NCBI GenBank assembly: GCA_002269645.1
Contig: NIVC01001462.1
Coordinates: 222,036 to 286,035, forward strand
DNA: 64,000 bases
DNA from: Macrostomum lignano
Taxonomy: Eukaryota
Direction: 5' to 3'
Positions 34,645 through 50,370 of this stretch are shown here, one piece after another. Position numbers and translations under genes: made by a program. How positions within the stretch are numbered: the first letter of the stretch is position 1; each line of letters begins with the position of its first letter. Under the pieces are notes generated by a model, which saw only the letters and a program-made list of their open reading frames with translations, was not told the origin of the DNA and did not search any database.

Positions 34645-37436
34645 ATGACGTCATCAGCAGTGGAAGCCCCAACGGACATCACCGCTCAGGAGGCGGAGCT
34701 GTACGATCGCCAGATTCGTCTGTGGGGTCTGGACGCTCAGAAGCGGCTTCGGGCCTCTCGCATCCTCATGGTTGGGGCGCCTCCGTTGACTGGCGAGATT
34801 GCTAAAAATCTGGTTCTAGCCGGTATCCGATCACTCACTCTGATGGACGATAGTCCACTATCAGCTGACGACATTGATAGCAGCTTTATTTACGATCCCT
34901 CCTTGGCAACTGCTGCCACCACTAGAGCCGAGGCCGCGCTCTCCGCTCTCCACTCCTTGAATCCGATGGTTGAGGTGTCGGCTAAGTCTGGCCAACCCGA
35001 ACAGCTCACCGCTGACCTCTTGGCCAACGAAGATTACGATGCTGTGTTGGCTATCAGCCAACCTGTTGAAGTGCTGCAATCGCTTGGCAGACTGTGTCGC
35101 AGTGTTACTTACGATGGGGAGGTTAATAGTAACGGAGCTGGTAATAATAGTAATAGCGACAGTAGTGCGAAACAACGGCGACAGGTGCAATTCTTTGCGG
35201 CCGATTGTTTCGGTTGTCATGGTTACGTGTTTTTAGATTTGCAACGCCACGAATTTGCTACGGAACTGGCTGAGGTGAGCTGGGCTGTGTTATGCTTTGA
35301 TTTCAATCTTTTTTCAAAGTCTACCTGTGAGATTCTTACGTCTCCAAATCTCATGTGTGATTCTCTGACATTCCTGTGTCTCACATGAGATTCTCTGGCA
35401 TACCCAAGTTTCATGGGAGATTCTCTGACATTCTTGTGTCTCGTATGAGATTCTCTGGCATTCCCGAGTCTCATGTGAGATTCTCTGACATTCTTGTGTC
35501 TCATATGAGATTCTCTGACGTTCCTGTGTCTCATATGAGATTCTCTGGCATACCCAAGTCTCATGGGAGATTCTCTGACATTCCGGTGTCTCATATGAGA
35601 TTCTCTGGCATACCCAAGTCTCATGGAAGATTCTCTGACATCCCGGTGTCTCATATGAGATTCTCTGGCATTCTCCAGTCTCATGTGAGATTCTCTGGCA
35701 TTCCCCAGTCTCATGTGAGATTCTCTGACATTCCCGTGTCTCATATGAAATTCTCTGGCATTCTCCAGTCTCATGTGAGATTATCTGGCATCCTCAAGTC
35801 TCCTGTGAGATTCTCTGGCATTCCCGAGTCTCCTGTGAGATTCCGACACCTTCAAATCTCTCCTGCGATATCCATGACACGAGTCCTCCATCTTCCCACT
35901 AATCCTATTTGCCTTATTCAACTCGCAGGTGCCCCCAAAGGCCGGTCAGGACAGCTCAGTGGACCCCAAGACGGCCGCCGTCCCCGCCGCAGGTTCACAG
36001 CCAGTCGAGACCCACCTGATCAAGCGCTCAGCTGATTACGCCGATTTTGAATCGGTGCTGCGCACTCGCTGGGACCCCGCCAAGCTGGGCAGCCTGCGGC
36101 GCCTGTCACCCGCTCTCTACCTGGCCTTCCTGCTGTTCGAATTTCAGCGCGCCAACAATGGCGCTCGCGCCGGGCCTAACGATGTGGACGCTTTGAAAAC
36201 ATTGTGGCGCGCCTTTGCCGAGAGTCAGCAGCTGCCAGCCAACCTGCTGGATGAAGCGGTTCTGTCCTCCGGGCTGCAGCCGCCCAGCTGCCCCGTGCTG
36301 GCCATTGTTGGCGGGGTGGCCGCTCAGGAGGTTATCAAGGTGAGGTTGACGGATAGCTGGTGGGATCTTAGCTAGCAAGTTTAGCTAAATGAGATTGTAA
36401 CTTGAGTTTAGGGTGGGATTTCCAAGAGTTAAAAGTGAGATTTCCAAGAGTTTAAAGTGAGTTTATACGAAAGTTCAGGGTGAAGTTCAGGGTTAAATTT
36501 CCAAGAAAGTTCAAACTTCAAAGTGAGATTTTCAAGAAAGATTGGGGTTAGATTTTTAGGAAATTTCAGGGTGAGATTTCCGAGAAAGTTCAGGGTGAGA
36601 TTTCCAATTAAGTTCAGGGTGAGATTTTTAGGAAATTTCAGGGTGAGATTTCCGAGAAAGTTCAGGGTGATATTTCCAATTAAGTTCAGGGTGAGATTTT
36701 TAGGAAATTTCAGGGTGAGATTTCCGAGAAAGTTCAGGGTGAGATTTTCGAGAAAGTTCAGGGTGAGATTTTTAGGAAATTTCAAGGTAAGATTTCTAGG
36801 AAATTTCAAGGTGAGATTTCTAGGAAAGTTCAAGGTGAGATTTCTAGGAAAGTTCAAGGTGAGATTTCCAAGAAAGTTCAGGGTGAGATTTCCAAGAAAG
36901 TTCAGGGTGAGATTTCCAAGAAAGTTCAGGGTGAGATTTCCGAGAAAGTTCAGGGTGAGATTTTTGAGAAAGTTCAGGGTACGATTTTCAGGAAAGTTAA
37001 GGGGTTGAGAGTTCAGAAAGATCAGGGTGAGATTTCAGAAAGATCGGGTTAGATTTCTAAGAAAGTTCGAGAGGTTGTAAAGAACGTTCAGGGTTTTTCA
37101 AGACAGTTAATGGTAGATTTCTAAGAAAGTTCAGTGTGCGAATTTCTAAGAAAGTTGAGGGTAGATTTCTAAGAAAATTCATCGGGAGATTTCAAAGAAA
37201 ACTCAGGACTGCTTTGTAGTTTCGCAATGTTTAGAAAAGTATAATAAATTAGGTAGAATTAGTTTTAATCTTAACTAATAGTAGTAGTCACGCGCAAATA
37301 CTACTACTCGCTACTACTTACTCCTGTTTCCCCGTTTGTTGTTGTTCAGGCCGTATCGCACAAGGACGATCCGTTTAACAATTTTTTCGTATTCGACGGC
37401 ATCCAATCGTGCGGCTCTGTGCAGACTCTCGGATGA
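34645..37436 (+). CDS. sae1: SUMO-activating enzyme subunit 1 (Aos1), 375 aa
   Basis: Exons 34645-35274, 35929-36339 and 37350-37436, all phase 0. Motifs EAELYDRQIRLWGLDAQKRL, AIVGGVAAQEVIKAVS, PFNNFFVFDG. Confidence 0.92.
35325..35860. repeat. 30-bp intronic minisatellite (SAE1 intron 1)
   Basis: Unit TCTCATATGAGATTCTCTGGCATACCCAAG. Confidence 0.95.
36400..37200. repeat. 24-bp intronic minisatellite (SAE1 intron 2)
   Basis: Unit GTGAGATTTCCAAGAAAGTTCAGG. Confidence 0.95.
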
Positions 37437-37724
37437 CGAGCGAGCTGATTAATTATTTAATTGGCTATTCTATGAAACACTGCGTGTACTGATCCTTGCA
37501 CAACCGGTTTTATTCTATGCTAGTAATTTGCGGCAGTGCATTTTTGTTTGTACCGTATTTGTGCTTTGCAATTATTTCTCGGCTGGCTTTTTTCATTCTA
37601 GAGATTGCATAAGGTGTGACTTTGATAGTCCTGTTCTTAATTGCCTAGCTATAGTTAAATTTAATTCCTTTCAAGTCCTGCTTCAATTTACCAAATTAAT
37701 TTGCCGTACTAATCCCCTGCGATA

Positions 37725-38030
37725 ATCCCATTTCTAATCCCCTTCGATAATCTCCTCACTAATTCCCCTCGATAATCTCCTCACTAATTCCCCTCGATAA
37801 TCTCCTGTCTCACTAATCCCCTTCGATAATCTCCTGTCTCACTAATCCCCTTCGATAATCTCCTCACTAATTCCCCTCGATAATCTCCTGTCTCACTAAT
37901 CCCCTTCGATAATCTCCTCACTAATTCCCCTCGATAATCTCCTGTCTCACTAATCCCCCTCGAAAATCTCCTCACTAATTCCCCTCGATAATCTCCTGTC
38001 TCACTAATCCCCCTCGAAAATCTCCTCCTT
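37725..38030. repeat. 25/29-bp minisatellite
   Basis: Unit CACTAATTCCCCTCGATAATCTCCT(GTCT). Confidence 0.9.
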
Positions 38031-38659
38031 AATTCTCTTTGGTAATCTCCTGTTCCATCTCCTTGGATGATTTCCCACCAAACCTAATCTCTTTTTGGCT
38101 TTTATAAGCTTTATGTGTTTGGTATTTAGTAATAATTATCTGTATTAATGCAATCCTTGCGTTTTAAGAGCGTAAATGCCTGTTTTTAATCTGAAATACA
38201 CTGCAGCGCATTTGCTTTGCCTCTCGTATATAATAACTAAATTATTTGTTGAACCTGACACTACGCGGGTTGGGCTCAACATTCTGTCAAATGAAATCAG
38301 ACTTGCTCAATGCTAATTAAACATTCTTTCTATTGTGCGTGTATTCAGTGTGTTACGAGCGTATTTATCTAATTAGTCCAGCAACTCTTAGTTATGTCCA
38401 ATTATGCCATATTTGCGTCTATCTCTGCTCCCTACTCATCCTCATCTTCCCTGTCTATTCCTTTCAGAGCAGAGCGGCTGAGTCAGATAGCGTGGCCGAC
38501 TATTGCGTCCATAAGTCCCCTGAGCACCCAACTTTACATTTGAACCATCTCAGAGTCTATCTCCTCTATCTTACATCTAATCTCTTTTTCCACCCCGACT
38601 TCACAACTATAAAAAAGTACTCAAAGAAAAAGGCATACATTTTTCAGCGTACATGAAAT

Positions 38660-38995
38660 TAGACTTGGCATGGTCTGATGGCCTAACGCGGCGCTCTGAT
38701 GTGACAGCGGCCCAGGCTCGATTCCAAGTGCAGTCACATTAATTTTGGGGCTGAATTGGAATCTCGGCTGCAGCTCTGCTCGTGAAATTAACGGCCTTGA
38801 GGGCTAACCCCCAAGGCACAGTGAAGTGTGCATGCCTAACGATAATTTAAGTCAGGGCCACTGTGCACTCCTGTGTGAGTGTGTGCCTTCGGGCATGACT
38901 GCTCAGGGGAGTCGTCGGTGGAATGGGCAGTAGCGAAAAGTGTCGCTTAAACTACACCAGGGCCTGACTAATACAGGAATTAAAATAATAAAAAA
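38660..38995 (+). mobile_element. Putative second tRNA-derived SINE
   Basis: A-box-like TGGTCTGATGG, B-box-like GGCTCGATTCC and an A-rich tail just before the PSTK ATG. Single copy in this window. Confidence 0.4.
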
Positions 38996-39003
38996 TTTCA
39001 GCC

Positions 39004-41536
<2,533 letters not shown>

Positions 41537-42189
41537 TTGGCTTTTTGGCGCTTTTTTGCAATTTTTACAAAAAATGCTTAGCTTTCTACTGCAAGTAGAG
41601 AAAAAACTACGTGTAATTTCGATTTATCTGTATTTATAAATACATATTTTACTGGATATATATTCAACTAAAACAGAAAAAAAGCTTTTTATCAATTTTT
41701 TCTTGACTATCTTATAATTTGTTTCGATTTAGCTCGCTTGTTTTGCGTCTAGTTAGCCAAGATGAGGCATGTTAGGGACTTAAGAGCAGTTGTACCAAAT
41801 ATGCTTGGATTAATTAAGTTCGCGCTCCCACTAAAAAAGTCAAAAACGTTAACATCAGAATGCCCATTTCAAATATTGTTTTTCTTTTCTCTCACTGTTA
41901 TAAAGCTTATATTTAGATCAGTTAGCCAAATTCATTGAAAATTATAGACATCAAAGATATGCAGCAGTACTGAAGATAGAGACATCCGATATGTATCGAA
42001 AATAGTAGTAATGCAGTTGTTAAAGTAAATGCATAATAGTTTTCATAAAATTAAAAGGTAACGCTTTCCTTAAGTTCTTTTATATCCTTAGAGTATAAGG
42101 ATAACTTCCTTTAAAATTGGCTTTTTAGGTTAGATAAAAGAGCTGTCCGTTGTTTGCAATTAAGCGGTCTAAACAGGGGCAAAATTATA

Positions 42190-42261
42190 TTCCCTGACCG
42201 GGAGTCGAACCCGGGCCGCCTGGGTGAGAGCCAGGAATCCTAACCGCTAGACCATCAGGGA
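42190..42261 (-). tRNA. tRNA-Glu (anticodon CTC)
   Basis: TCCCTGATGGTCTAGCGGTTAGGATTCCTGGCT-CTC-ACCCAGGCGGCCCGGGTTCGACTCCCGGTCAGGGAA: canonical cloverleaf followed by a TTTT terminator. Confidence 0.95.
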
Positions 42262-42361
42262 CTTGTTGACATGTGGCATTTCTTGTGAATTTATTCACCA
42301 TGCAACCGAAAACGCTATTGCATGACTCGAGCTTTGGCCACACTCCGCAGACCACACAGAA

Positions 42362-44772
42362 ATGTATAACTGTATCAGAGTCAGCCAATTTGGTCCGTCT
42401 TCGGTGCTGCAAATGGCCTCAGCAGATGTTAGTAGCCTGTCACCCGGCCCTGGTCAGGTGTTAATCAAAGCTCTCGCAGCTGGTGTTAATCCAGTTGAAA
42501 CATACATTCGATCTGGTCAATATGCTACACTGCCAAAGCTGCCTTACACTCCTGGTTCCGACTGTGCTGGAGAGGTAAAGTCAATTTCAAAACAGGGGCA
42601 TTGCCGATACGTATCGAAAATAACTATATTCAATCGTAACTTATCAATAGGTTGTAGCAGTCGGCAAAGACGTACCCAAACGACTAAAAACTGGAGAACG
42701 CGTGTACACAATGGGCACAGTGAGCGGCTCTTACGCTCAGCTGGTGCTAGCTAGCCAATCCAATACGTTTCGACTGCCTGACAATGTCTCTTGGCTGGAG
42801 GGTGCTTGTCTAGGCGTGCCAGCTTTTACTGCTCTGCGCGCTCTGCGCACCTGCGGCGGCGCTCGCGCCGGTCAGACAGTTTTGATACACGGCGCCAGCG
42901 GCGCTGTTGGCCTGCTGTGCTGCCAACTGGCCGCTAATCTGGGCATGCGAGTGCTGGCGACTGCTGGTTGGCTTGCTAGTTACTATTTTAATTTCTTAGC
43001 TTAAATGTACACCAGCCCTTCTCCTGCCTAGCTTTCCTACCCCCCTCTAAATGTACACCAGCCCTTCCCCTGCTTAGCTTTCCTACCCCTCTAAATGTAC
43101 ACCAGCCCTTCCCCTGTCTAGCTTTCCTACCCCTCTAAATGTACAGCAGCCCTTCCCCCGCCTAGCTTTCCTACCCCCCTCTAAATGTACACCAGCCCTT
43201 CCCCTGCCTAGCTTTCCTACCCCCCTCTAAATGTACACCAGACCTTCCCCTGCCTAGCTTTCCTACCCCCTCTAAATGTACACCAGCCCTTCCCCTGTCT
43301 AGCTTTCCTACCCCCTCTAAATGTACACCAGCCCTTCCCCTGCCTAGCTTTCCTACCCCTCTAAATGTACACCAGCCCTTCCCCTGCCTAGCTTTCCTAC
43401 CCCCCCTCTAAATGTACACCAGCCCTTCCCCTGCCTAGCTTTCTTACCCCTCCAAATGTACACCAGCTCTTCCCTGTCTAACTTTCCCACTCCTCTAAAT
43501 GTACACTAGCGCTCCCCCTGCTTAGCTTTGCCACCCCCTCTAAGTGTACACCAGCACTACCCCTTGCCCAGTCTTTTTACTCGCCAACGTCACGTGACGC
43601 CACAAAACGCCCACCCGCCCCAGGCAGTCCGGAAGGCCGTCAGCTCGCTCTTGACTGCGGCGCTAACATGGCATTCGATCACCACGACCCAGACTACGCC
43701 GACGCCATCGCTGTTGAAACCGCCGACACTGACGGTGTCCATCTGACTGTGGAGATGCTGGCCAACGTTAATTTGGCCACCGACTGTCGACTGGCTTCAC
43801 CTAGTGGCCGCATTGTGATTGTCGGCAATCGGGGCTCGCTGAACTTCAATCCGCGCCTGACCATGTCCAATGAGGTCAGCGTGACCGGCGTGTTCCTGCG
43901 CCGGTCGACAGATGTTGAACTGGCCGAGTACGCCAAGTTGATCAGCGAGATGTTGAAGGTGAGCAGTCTGTCTTGGGTTATTTCGGAATCTATTTATCGG
44001 ACCACATGCATCTGCTCATTCCCTTTTATGTGTACTTGCCCATTTGTGTGTACACTTATCTGACTACCTATCTACCTTCGTATCTACCTGACACCCTAAA
44101 AACCTACTGTCGTATCAACCTACCTACCAACCAACCAACCTACCTTCGTTTCTACCTTCCAACCTACTTTTGTATCTACTTACCTACCTACTCTCTTATC
44201 AACCTACCTAACCTACCAGTCTACTTTTGTATTTACCTACCCACCTTACCAATCCACTTTCGTATCTACATGTACCTGTCTAACGACCAATCTACTTTTG
44301 TATCTACCTGACTGGCTACCAACCTACCTTCGTGTCTATCTACCTACCGACTAACCTACTTTCGTATCTACCTACCTACCTACTTTTGTATCTACTTACC
44401 TACCTACTAACCAACCTACTTTCGATTTTACTTTACCAATCACTTATTACCTACCTTTTAAACTACCTTACTTAACATGGACCTGCTCTACGTACCTCTA
44501 GTCCACTTTTACCTTTTTAATCTGCTTGTAACCAACTGTGCTGTCTAAGTTATTGATTTTCTCTAAGCACATTACCCTCTGTTTCAAAAGTGCAGAGTTA
44601 TACCGCCCCATCCCTTCTTCCCCCCCCCCAGGCCGGGCAGCTCCGGCCCACAGTGGACCGCCAGTTCCACCTGGCCGAGGCGGGCGCCGCTCACGATTTC
44701 GTCATCAACAGGTCGGCCAGTCTCGGCCGGGTTGTGCTTAAAATCGACGAATGGGTCGGCCAGATTGACTAA
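42362..44772 (+). CDS. cryz: NADPH:quinone oxidoreductase (zeta-crystallin), 334 aa
   Basis: Exons 42362-42574, 42651-42966, 43624-43958 and 44632-44772. Motifs AAGVNPVETYIRSG, PYTPGSDCAG, LIHGASGAVG, IVIVGNRG, GRVVL. Confidence 0.9.
43003..43560. repeat. ~45-bp intronic minisatellite (CRYZ intron 2)
   Basis: Unit TAAATGTACACCAGCCCTTCCCCTGCCTAGCTTTCCTACCCCCCTC. Confidence 0.95.
44050..44470. repeat. Degenerate (CTAC)n low-complexity tract (CRYZ intron 3)
   Basis: Seen directly in the sequence. Confidence 0.8.
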
Positions 44773-45578
44773 TAACAGATTTATAATGCGTTAATATTAC
44801 TTTCGATACATATCGGCTGATAAAAATCCAAAAACATTTTCCAAGTCTTACTTTAAAATGTTTGATTTTTCATTCTGATTTTCTGGTCTTCTTTATTTTG
44901 TTTCAAACTGATTTATTTGTTTTGCAGCAATATAAATAATACACTTGATTTTATTTTCGTCAAGATGTTTAAGCTTCATCTGAATTTCTTTTTGTACAAT
45001 TAATTCAAAGACTCTTATTTATGTCTTGATTTTAACGTATTTTTCGAGAAAAAAATTTACGCAACCTATTTGATATTTACTACACAAAATTAATATACTA
45101 TAGGTACTGATTTTGAAAAAAACTCAAGCTTCGTTGCCATGGTAACCGAAATTGTCCTCATCTAAATAAAATTTTATAGGGTTTTTAGCGCAAAGCCGGA
45201 AATTTTAACTGCTCTAACGTAGCGCTCCCGATGCTGCCAATTAGCAATGAAAGTGTTATTTATAACAAATCGCCACACAAAGTTTCTCCAAAGTCTCAGC
45301 AAGCAGCTTCGATTATGAAACAGTCCATTCATAAATGAGCTCTGTATCCAACCCACACGGAATCATTTCTGCCTCCCAACACAGGCCCGAGGACTGCGCA
45401 ACCAATGAAACCCGATATGCAGATCCCACACTGGCATCTAGGAGCCAGTAAGAGTCCCTCACTATAAGCAGGGTACGCTCTTCCATCATTGGCAAAAGAT
45501 TTAAAATAAATGCAGTCCTGTTACTTTGCTGTTTCTAACTCGCACCTGCATAGAGGCTAGAAAACAAATTTCGGAATA

Positions 45579-46268
45579 ATGATTCAGCCGGCTCTGGTCG
45601 CAGTGCTGATGGCTACCGCCTCCGGTCACTGCGTCGCTCCCTTTATCGACAGGCTGGGCAGCTGCGTCTTCATCGGCAACAACCCCAGCGTTTCCAGCTG
45701 GTGCGACGCAGCCAGACTGTGCCTGGGCATCGGCGGAGAGCTGCTGATGGACCTGACTGCCATCCGAGCTGTCAATCACTGGAATGATACTTATTTGATC
45801 GGAGTGACGGACCTCCTGGCTGAGGCGGGCAGGTCTCGCAGCGGCTGGAGATTCGCCAACGGCTCGCTGTTTCCGACTTTGGATGACAGCGACTGGCTGT
45901 CCGGCTTACCGAACAGCCACACGAAAGACGATGACTTTGTAGCTGTCAGTAAGGCGGGCTTGCGAGACAGAGAAGCGAATTTGGACAAAAAATTCATCTG
46001 CCAGCCGATCGCGACGCCGAACAGCAAGTACCTGGAGCGAGCGGAGTTCCTGAGGCTGGGCAACATCAGTCCTGTCTACTGCTACACTGACGCCTCGGTG
46101 AGCTCGGAGCTTCACTGCCTGTGGCTCTGCGTGCAGCGCTGGGAGTGCCGGGCCGTCCTGTTCAACCGGGCCAGCGGCGCCTGCCACATGCTGGACTTCG
46201 CTGACTCGAGCGTCGGCGACGCCATCGAGACCGACCCGAGCTGGGCCAAGTTCGTCAAGAAGTACTGA
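45579..46268 (+). CDS. Secreted C-type lectin-like + PAN/Apple domain protein, copy 1 (229 aa)
   Basis: Hydrophobic signal peptide; W..A..LC...GG.L, IG.TD, W...LPN and FIC motifs; then CxxxC-CxxV.F-C PAN pattern. Intronless. Confidence 0.75.
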   Translation: MIQPALVAVLMATASGHCVAPFIDRLGSCVFIGNNPSVSSWCDAARLCLGIGGELLMDLTAIRAVNHWNDTYLIGVTDLLAEAGRSRSGWRFANGSLFPTLDDSDWLSGLPNSHTKDDDFVAVSKAGLRDREANLDKKFICQPIATPNSKYLERAEFLRLGNISPVYCYTDASVSSELHCLWLCVQRWECRAVLFNRASGACHMLDFADSSVGDAIETDPSWAKFVKKY

Positions 46269-47489
46269 GAACTTTCAAGATAAAAGTATGACCCTCTGTG
46301 GATCAAATAGTTTATCTTTTTTAGCGTACATACATGCGTTGGAGAATTCTTTCAGCTGCTGATAAGCAATTGTATAATCAGCTTTGTTGATGGGATCAGG
46401 CGGCCGACAAGGCTGATTGGTCGCTGGACAGTGCGGTCTCGGTCACATGCTGTTACGGCTTATACAACACCAATTCAATTTTAATCTCCTTTAACATCGT
46501 CACAGCTTGTATCGGTCGTTTTTTTAAAAGATCTTCTTGAACAGTTTTAATACACTTTCAGACGCAGACAGTTGAATAAAACTTCATTACTAAAGCTAGT
46601 GTTTCCTCAGTAATTTTTATGCATTTTTATTTGCGTATTAAGCAAGCCATCCAATAGGCAATATTAAATTTGAGTCTGTTGTCACAGGCCTTTACAGAAA
46701 TTGGAGCGTGAGCTAATGAAGGCGTTAATGGATTAAATGCATATTGGCACGCTTTTAGACAAGCCTTAAAAGTAGGCCGTTTTTCGGGATGGCCATTTTT
46801 TCGGGGCTAAATTCCGATCCCGAACATCTTTTGAGAACCCCCAACCCCGCCCAGAACGGCCAAACCGGAACTTAGAAGCGTAGCATAAGTCTTAAAAGCT
46901 TGGCGAACACTTTACACTTTTCTCGTACAACCATTGGCTTGCTTCAGTTAAATTTATTATTAATGTCAAATTAGTCTAAGCACGTAAAAACGCTAAAAAC
47001 GCTAAAAACGAAAAACGAAGATTATCTTGAGTTGTGAGAGCGGTAACAGGCTGGATGCGATCAGTTAATCAAAAATTCGCATTCCGGCAGATCATAAATG
47101 GCTTTTAACTCTAAAAATTTTAGTTGTGAAAGTTCTCAAGCTCAATTCCTATCTGCCTTCTACAGGAGTCGGTAAACAGTGAATTCTAGTTTCTTAGCTA
47201 GCTACTCTGGCGAAAAGTTACGGAAAGCTTTTACTATTGGCTTTTAAAATTTCATAGATCTATAGTCAATGTCTCCGTTGAAATTTCTGCCTTGCAATTT
47301 ATATCCATCTCCCACGGCTAGCGGTTTAATGGGAGAAATGTCGTGGAAGTCAGAGACTTACCGAAAGCCAGTATTTACAATAAGACAGATAATGGACGAA
47401 ACTGCATCCAAAAAATCGTCAATAAGCGAGCGAAAGCCAAGCAAATATGGAAGAAACGGATATTTTCGGCTACTCTGGCTCAGATCACA

Positions 47490-49610
47490 CTGATGGATTG
47501 GAATGTTTGAGTTGTCAAAACGTTTGAACTGGATAGACAATGGAGAGGCTAAGAAGAGCAGCGAAGGACAGGCAGTGGTGGAGGAAGCTGGTGCATGAAT
47601 GGGTGCGCGCCCACGGCCATGACGGCTACGGTAAAGAAGAAATAAGAAGCCCCCGGCACCCATAGTAGCTCCCTCAGCATATATGCCAATTACAAACGTT
47701 TTTCGGCATGATGAGTTTCAATATTACTCAGCTAGACAACTCAAGCATTCCAATCCATCAGTTCTTTCAAGTCATCTTCCCACTGCCTTTTCTGTCTTAC
47801 TCTTCTTCTGCCATGGCCTTCCTTCCTCGTCTGATGACAGTAAAATTTGAGCATTCTCCGCTTGATGATCTCCTCCACAGATTCTGGTTCCTTTCCCAAT
47901 ACTTCCTTAACTTTTCTCCAAACCCAGGCATTTGTCTTTTTCTCTTTCGATGAAATCCTTAGCATTCTTCTGTAATTCAAATGCTTTGAGTGTCCCCATA
48001 TACTTTTCTTCCCCTAGTCCAGCTGTCGCACCCATAGAGCAGTGTCGCACATGTGACCGCCTTTGCGATCTTGAGGCGATTCTTCAAACCAACTCCTTTG
48101 AGTCTGCCAAAGATCATCAAGCCTTATTATTGAGCTGGTTGCGACGCAGTTTCTGATTCTGATCTCTTCCTCCGATGTCCCATTATCCATGATGGTTGCC
48201 CCCAGGTATTTAAACTGATTCACCTGTTCCAGCTCAATTTTCTTTGCCGACTTCGATGCCAAACTTTCTAGAGATTCTGTCCAGCTTCGTTTGTCAGTTC
48301 TTGCAATTCTTCCTCATCAATTTTTTTCCAATCAAGTTGCTGATGTTGATTCCTCCGCAACTGGTTCCGATCGCCTCATCCAGTTCCTCTAGGATTTCTG
48401 TCATTATCCGTTCCAGGAAACAATTGAAGAGAATGGGTAACAGGATACATCCTTGTCTCACTCCCACCGCTACCCTAAACCAGTCACTGCACTGGTAGCC
48501 TGCCATAACCTTGGTCTTAGTTTCTTCATACAGTCGCTTAATTACTCTTGTGATGTCTTCTCTAATGTTGATTTTTTTCGTTGTGCCAAAGTGCTTCGAA
48601 GTCTATGAAATTGTGACATGATCTTTTGGTGAATTCTAGCCTTTTCACACAATAGTCGCAATTATTGTTGGTTGTAGTTGGCTCTGTAGTGCTCCCCAGT
48701 CCTTTCTGAAACCTGCCTGCATCTCGCTGAACACCTGCTCTGCTCTTGGTGTTATTCCTTTTAGGATCATTTTTAGCAGGACTTTTGACGCATGGCTGAT
48801 TGTCCATGAGGATGGATTCGGTCCACTGTGATGGCCATTCTTCGCTATTGAGGATTTTATTGCAGAGCCTGTGCAGTAAAGTCACCTTCATTTTGTATCA
48901 ATTCTGCGTTGATGTTGTCCGCTCCTACACTCTTGTTTTTCTTCAGACTTTTTATTGCAGCCTCTACCTCTGATCTCAGAAACGTGCAATCCGGATTTTC
49001 TTCCTCGCCATCTCTCTCAATGTCTCCCCCAGCATGCTTCTGTCCACATTGTCTTGTGATTATATACAAGTTAGCTGCAGTATTTTTTCATCTTTGCGCC
49101 TGCACCTCTTGGCTTCCAGCCAGGGTTTTCCTTTCCGGTCTTCTGCAGAATTCATTTGTTTTTTGCGTCTTTCCGTCAGGTTCTTGATTATTTCTAGGCC
49201 TCTCTCGTGTTGTTCCTCTCAAAGTTGCTTTCCACCAGCTTGGCTTGTTCCTCTGCCCATTCTTTTTTAGCTTTTCTTAGTAACCTTCGCACTTCCTTGT
49301 TTTTCTTTTCTGTACTCGTCCATCTGTTTCTCTCCCTCATGCCTTCTGCTTTGTATCTCACATCGCCTGTCGCAGCCATCGAGGACCTCTTTGGTGATCC
49401 ACTGCTTTCTGATTTTTCGGCGCTTCCCCAGAACTTTATTTGCTGCTTCCGTTATCCTATTTGTGAATTCGTCACACATACTTTGCTATAGCTGTTGTCT
49501 TCTGTGAGTAGTACTCGTAGCAGAGGCGCAAATCTCGATGCAGGTTCGCTCTGGACTTAATTGTCCCGGATGTCACTGTCAATCAGCTTCCCCAGGTCAA
49601 AATATATTCT
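47490..49610 (-). mobile_element. Decayed RTE-clade LINE (RT remnants), 3' end inverted
   Basis: Fragments FRVAVGVRQGCIL.PILFN, VNQFKYLG and YRRMLRIS..EKKTN, with many stops and frameshifts. A plus-strand 3' tail ending in AAG repeats lies at 47490-47649. Confidence 0.85.
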
Positions 49611-50258
49611 TCCATTGGGGGGGCTACTTAGCTTGTAAATGGCTACTACGTTATGTTAACGCAGTTGAATAAATTAGGAAAGACCGCAGCAGATGAAGGA
49701 AAAGGAAGTCCCTCACCTACAGTCGCCATGATTAGCACTATTTGCTAGTGGAACCAGCAAACACAATGCAAACAGCCCTGGTGTATCTGATGAAGATCTC
49801 AAACCTGATCCTTCAGCATCTCAAATATTCTCATTGGAACAAAATCGCGAGTAAATATTGTGGTAGCAGGAGTTGCTCAGTTAGGCACCTGGGTCATGCA
49901 CTGCCATGCAATTCAACACTATGAAGGCCAGTCCCCAGAGGTACAGAGTGAATCCATTCCTGATGATGAGATATACGCCGCCGAACACCATGCGACTGTG
50001 TCTATGGAACAGGTATATTAGTATTAAATGAATGAGTACACAGTCGGAAGTATCCGAGAAGAAGACTTGAGTAAGCATATAGAGGGAGTTTTGTTCGAGT
50101 ATTCATCGTATTAACTACTCACAGAGGGTGGTAATTCCAGAATAGATAAGATCGTTGTGTTACGAGCTATCTCGTAGCTCGAGATTTGCAAGCCACTACG
50201 TGACAAAAACTACGCAAACTTGTTTCAGCTTCTTAAGTTTTCATTCCGTAATTTTCTG

Positions 50259-50370
50259 TCAGCACTTCTTGACGAACTTGGCCCAGCAGCTCGGGTCCGT
50301 CTCGATGGCGTCGCCGACGCTCGAGTCAGCGAAGTCCAGCATGCGGCAGGCGCCGCTGGCCCGGTTGAAC
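50259..50370 (-). pseudogene. Lectin/PAN 3' fragment
   Basis: Reverse complement of the last ~110 nt of the lectin CDS, with copy-2-type CRMLDF. Confidence 0.85.

Noticed and set aside
35223-37008. ORFs 35223-35774, 35376-36035, 36429-36857 and 36523-37008
   Set aside because: Translations of the 30-bp and 24-bp arrays in SAE1 introns.
38800-38960. HDV-like or hammerhead ribozyme in the SINE-like element
   Set aside because: I could not build the nested double pseudoknot, and no CTGATGAG...GAAA core was found.
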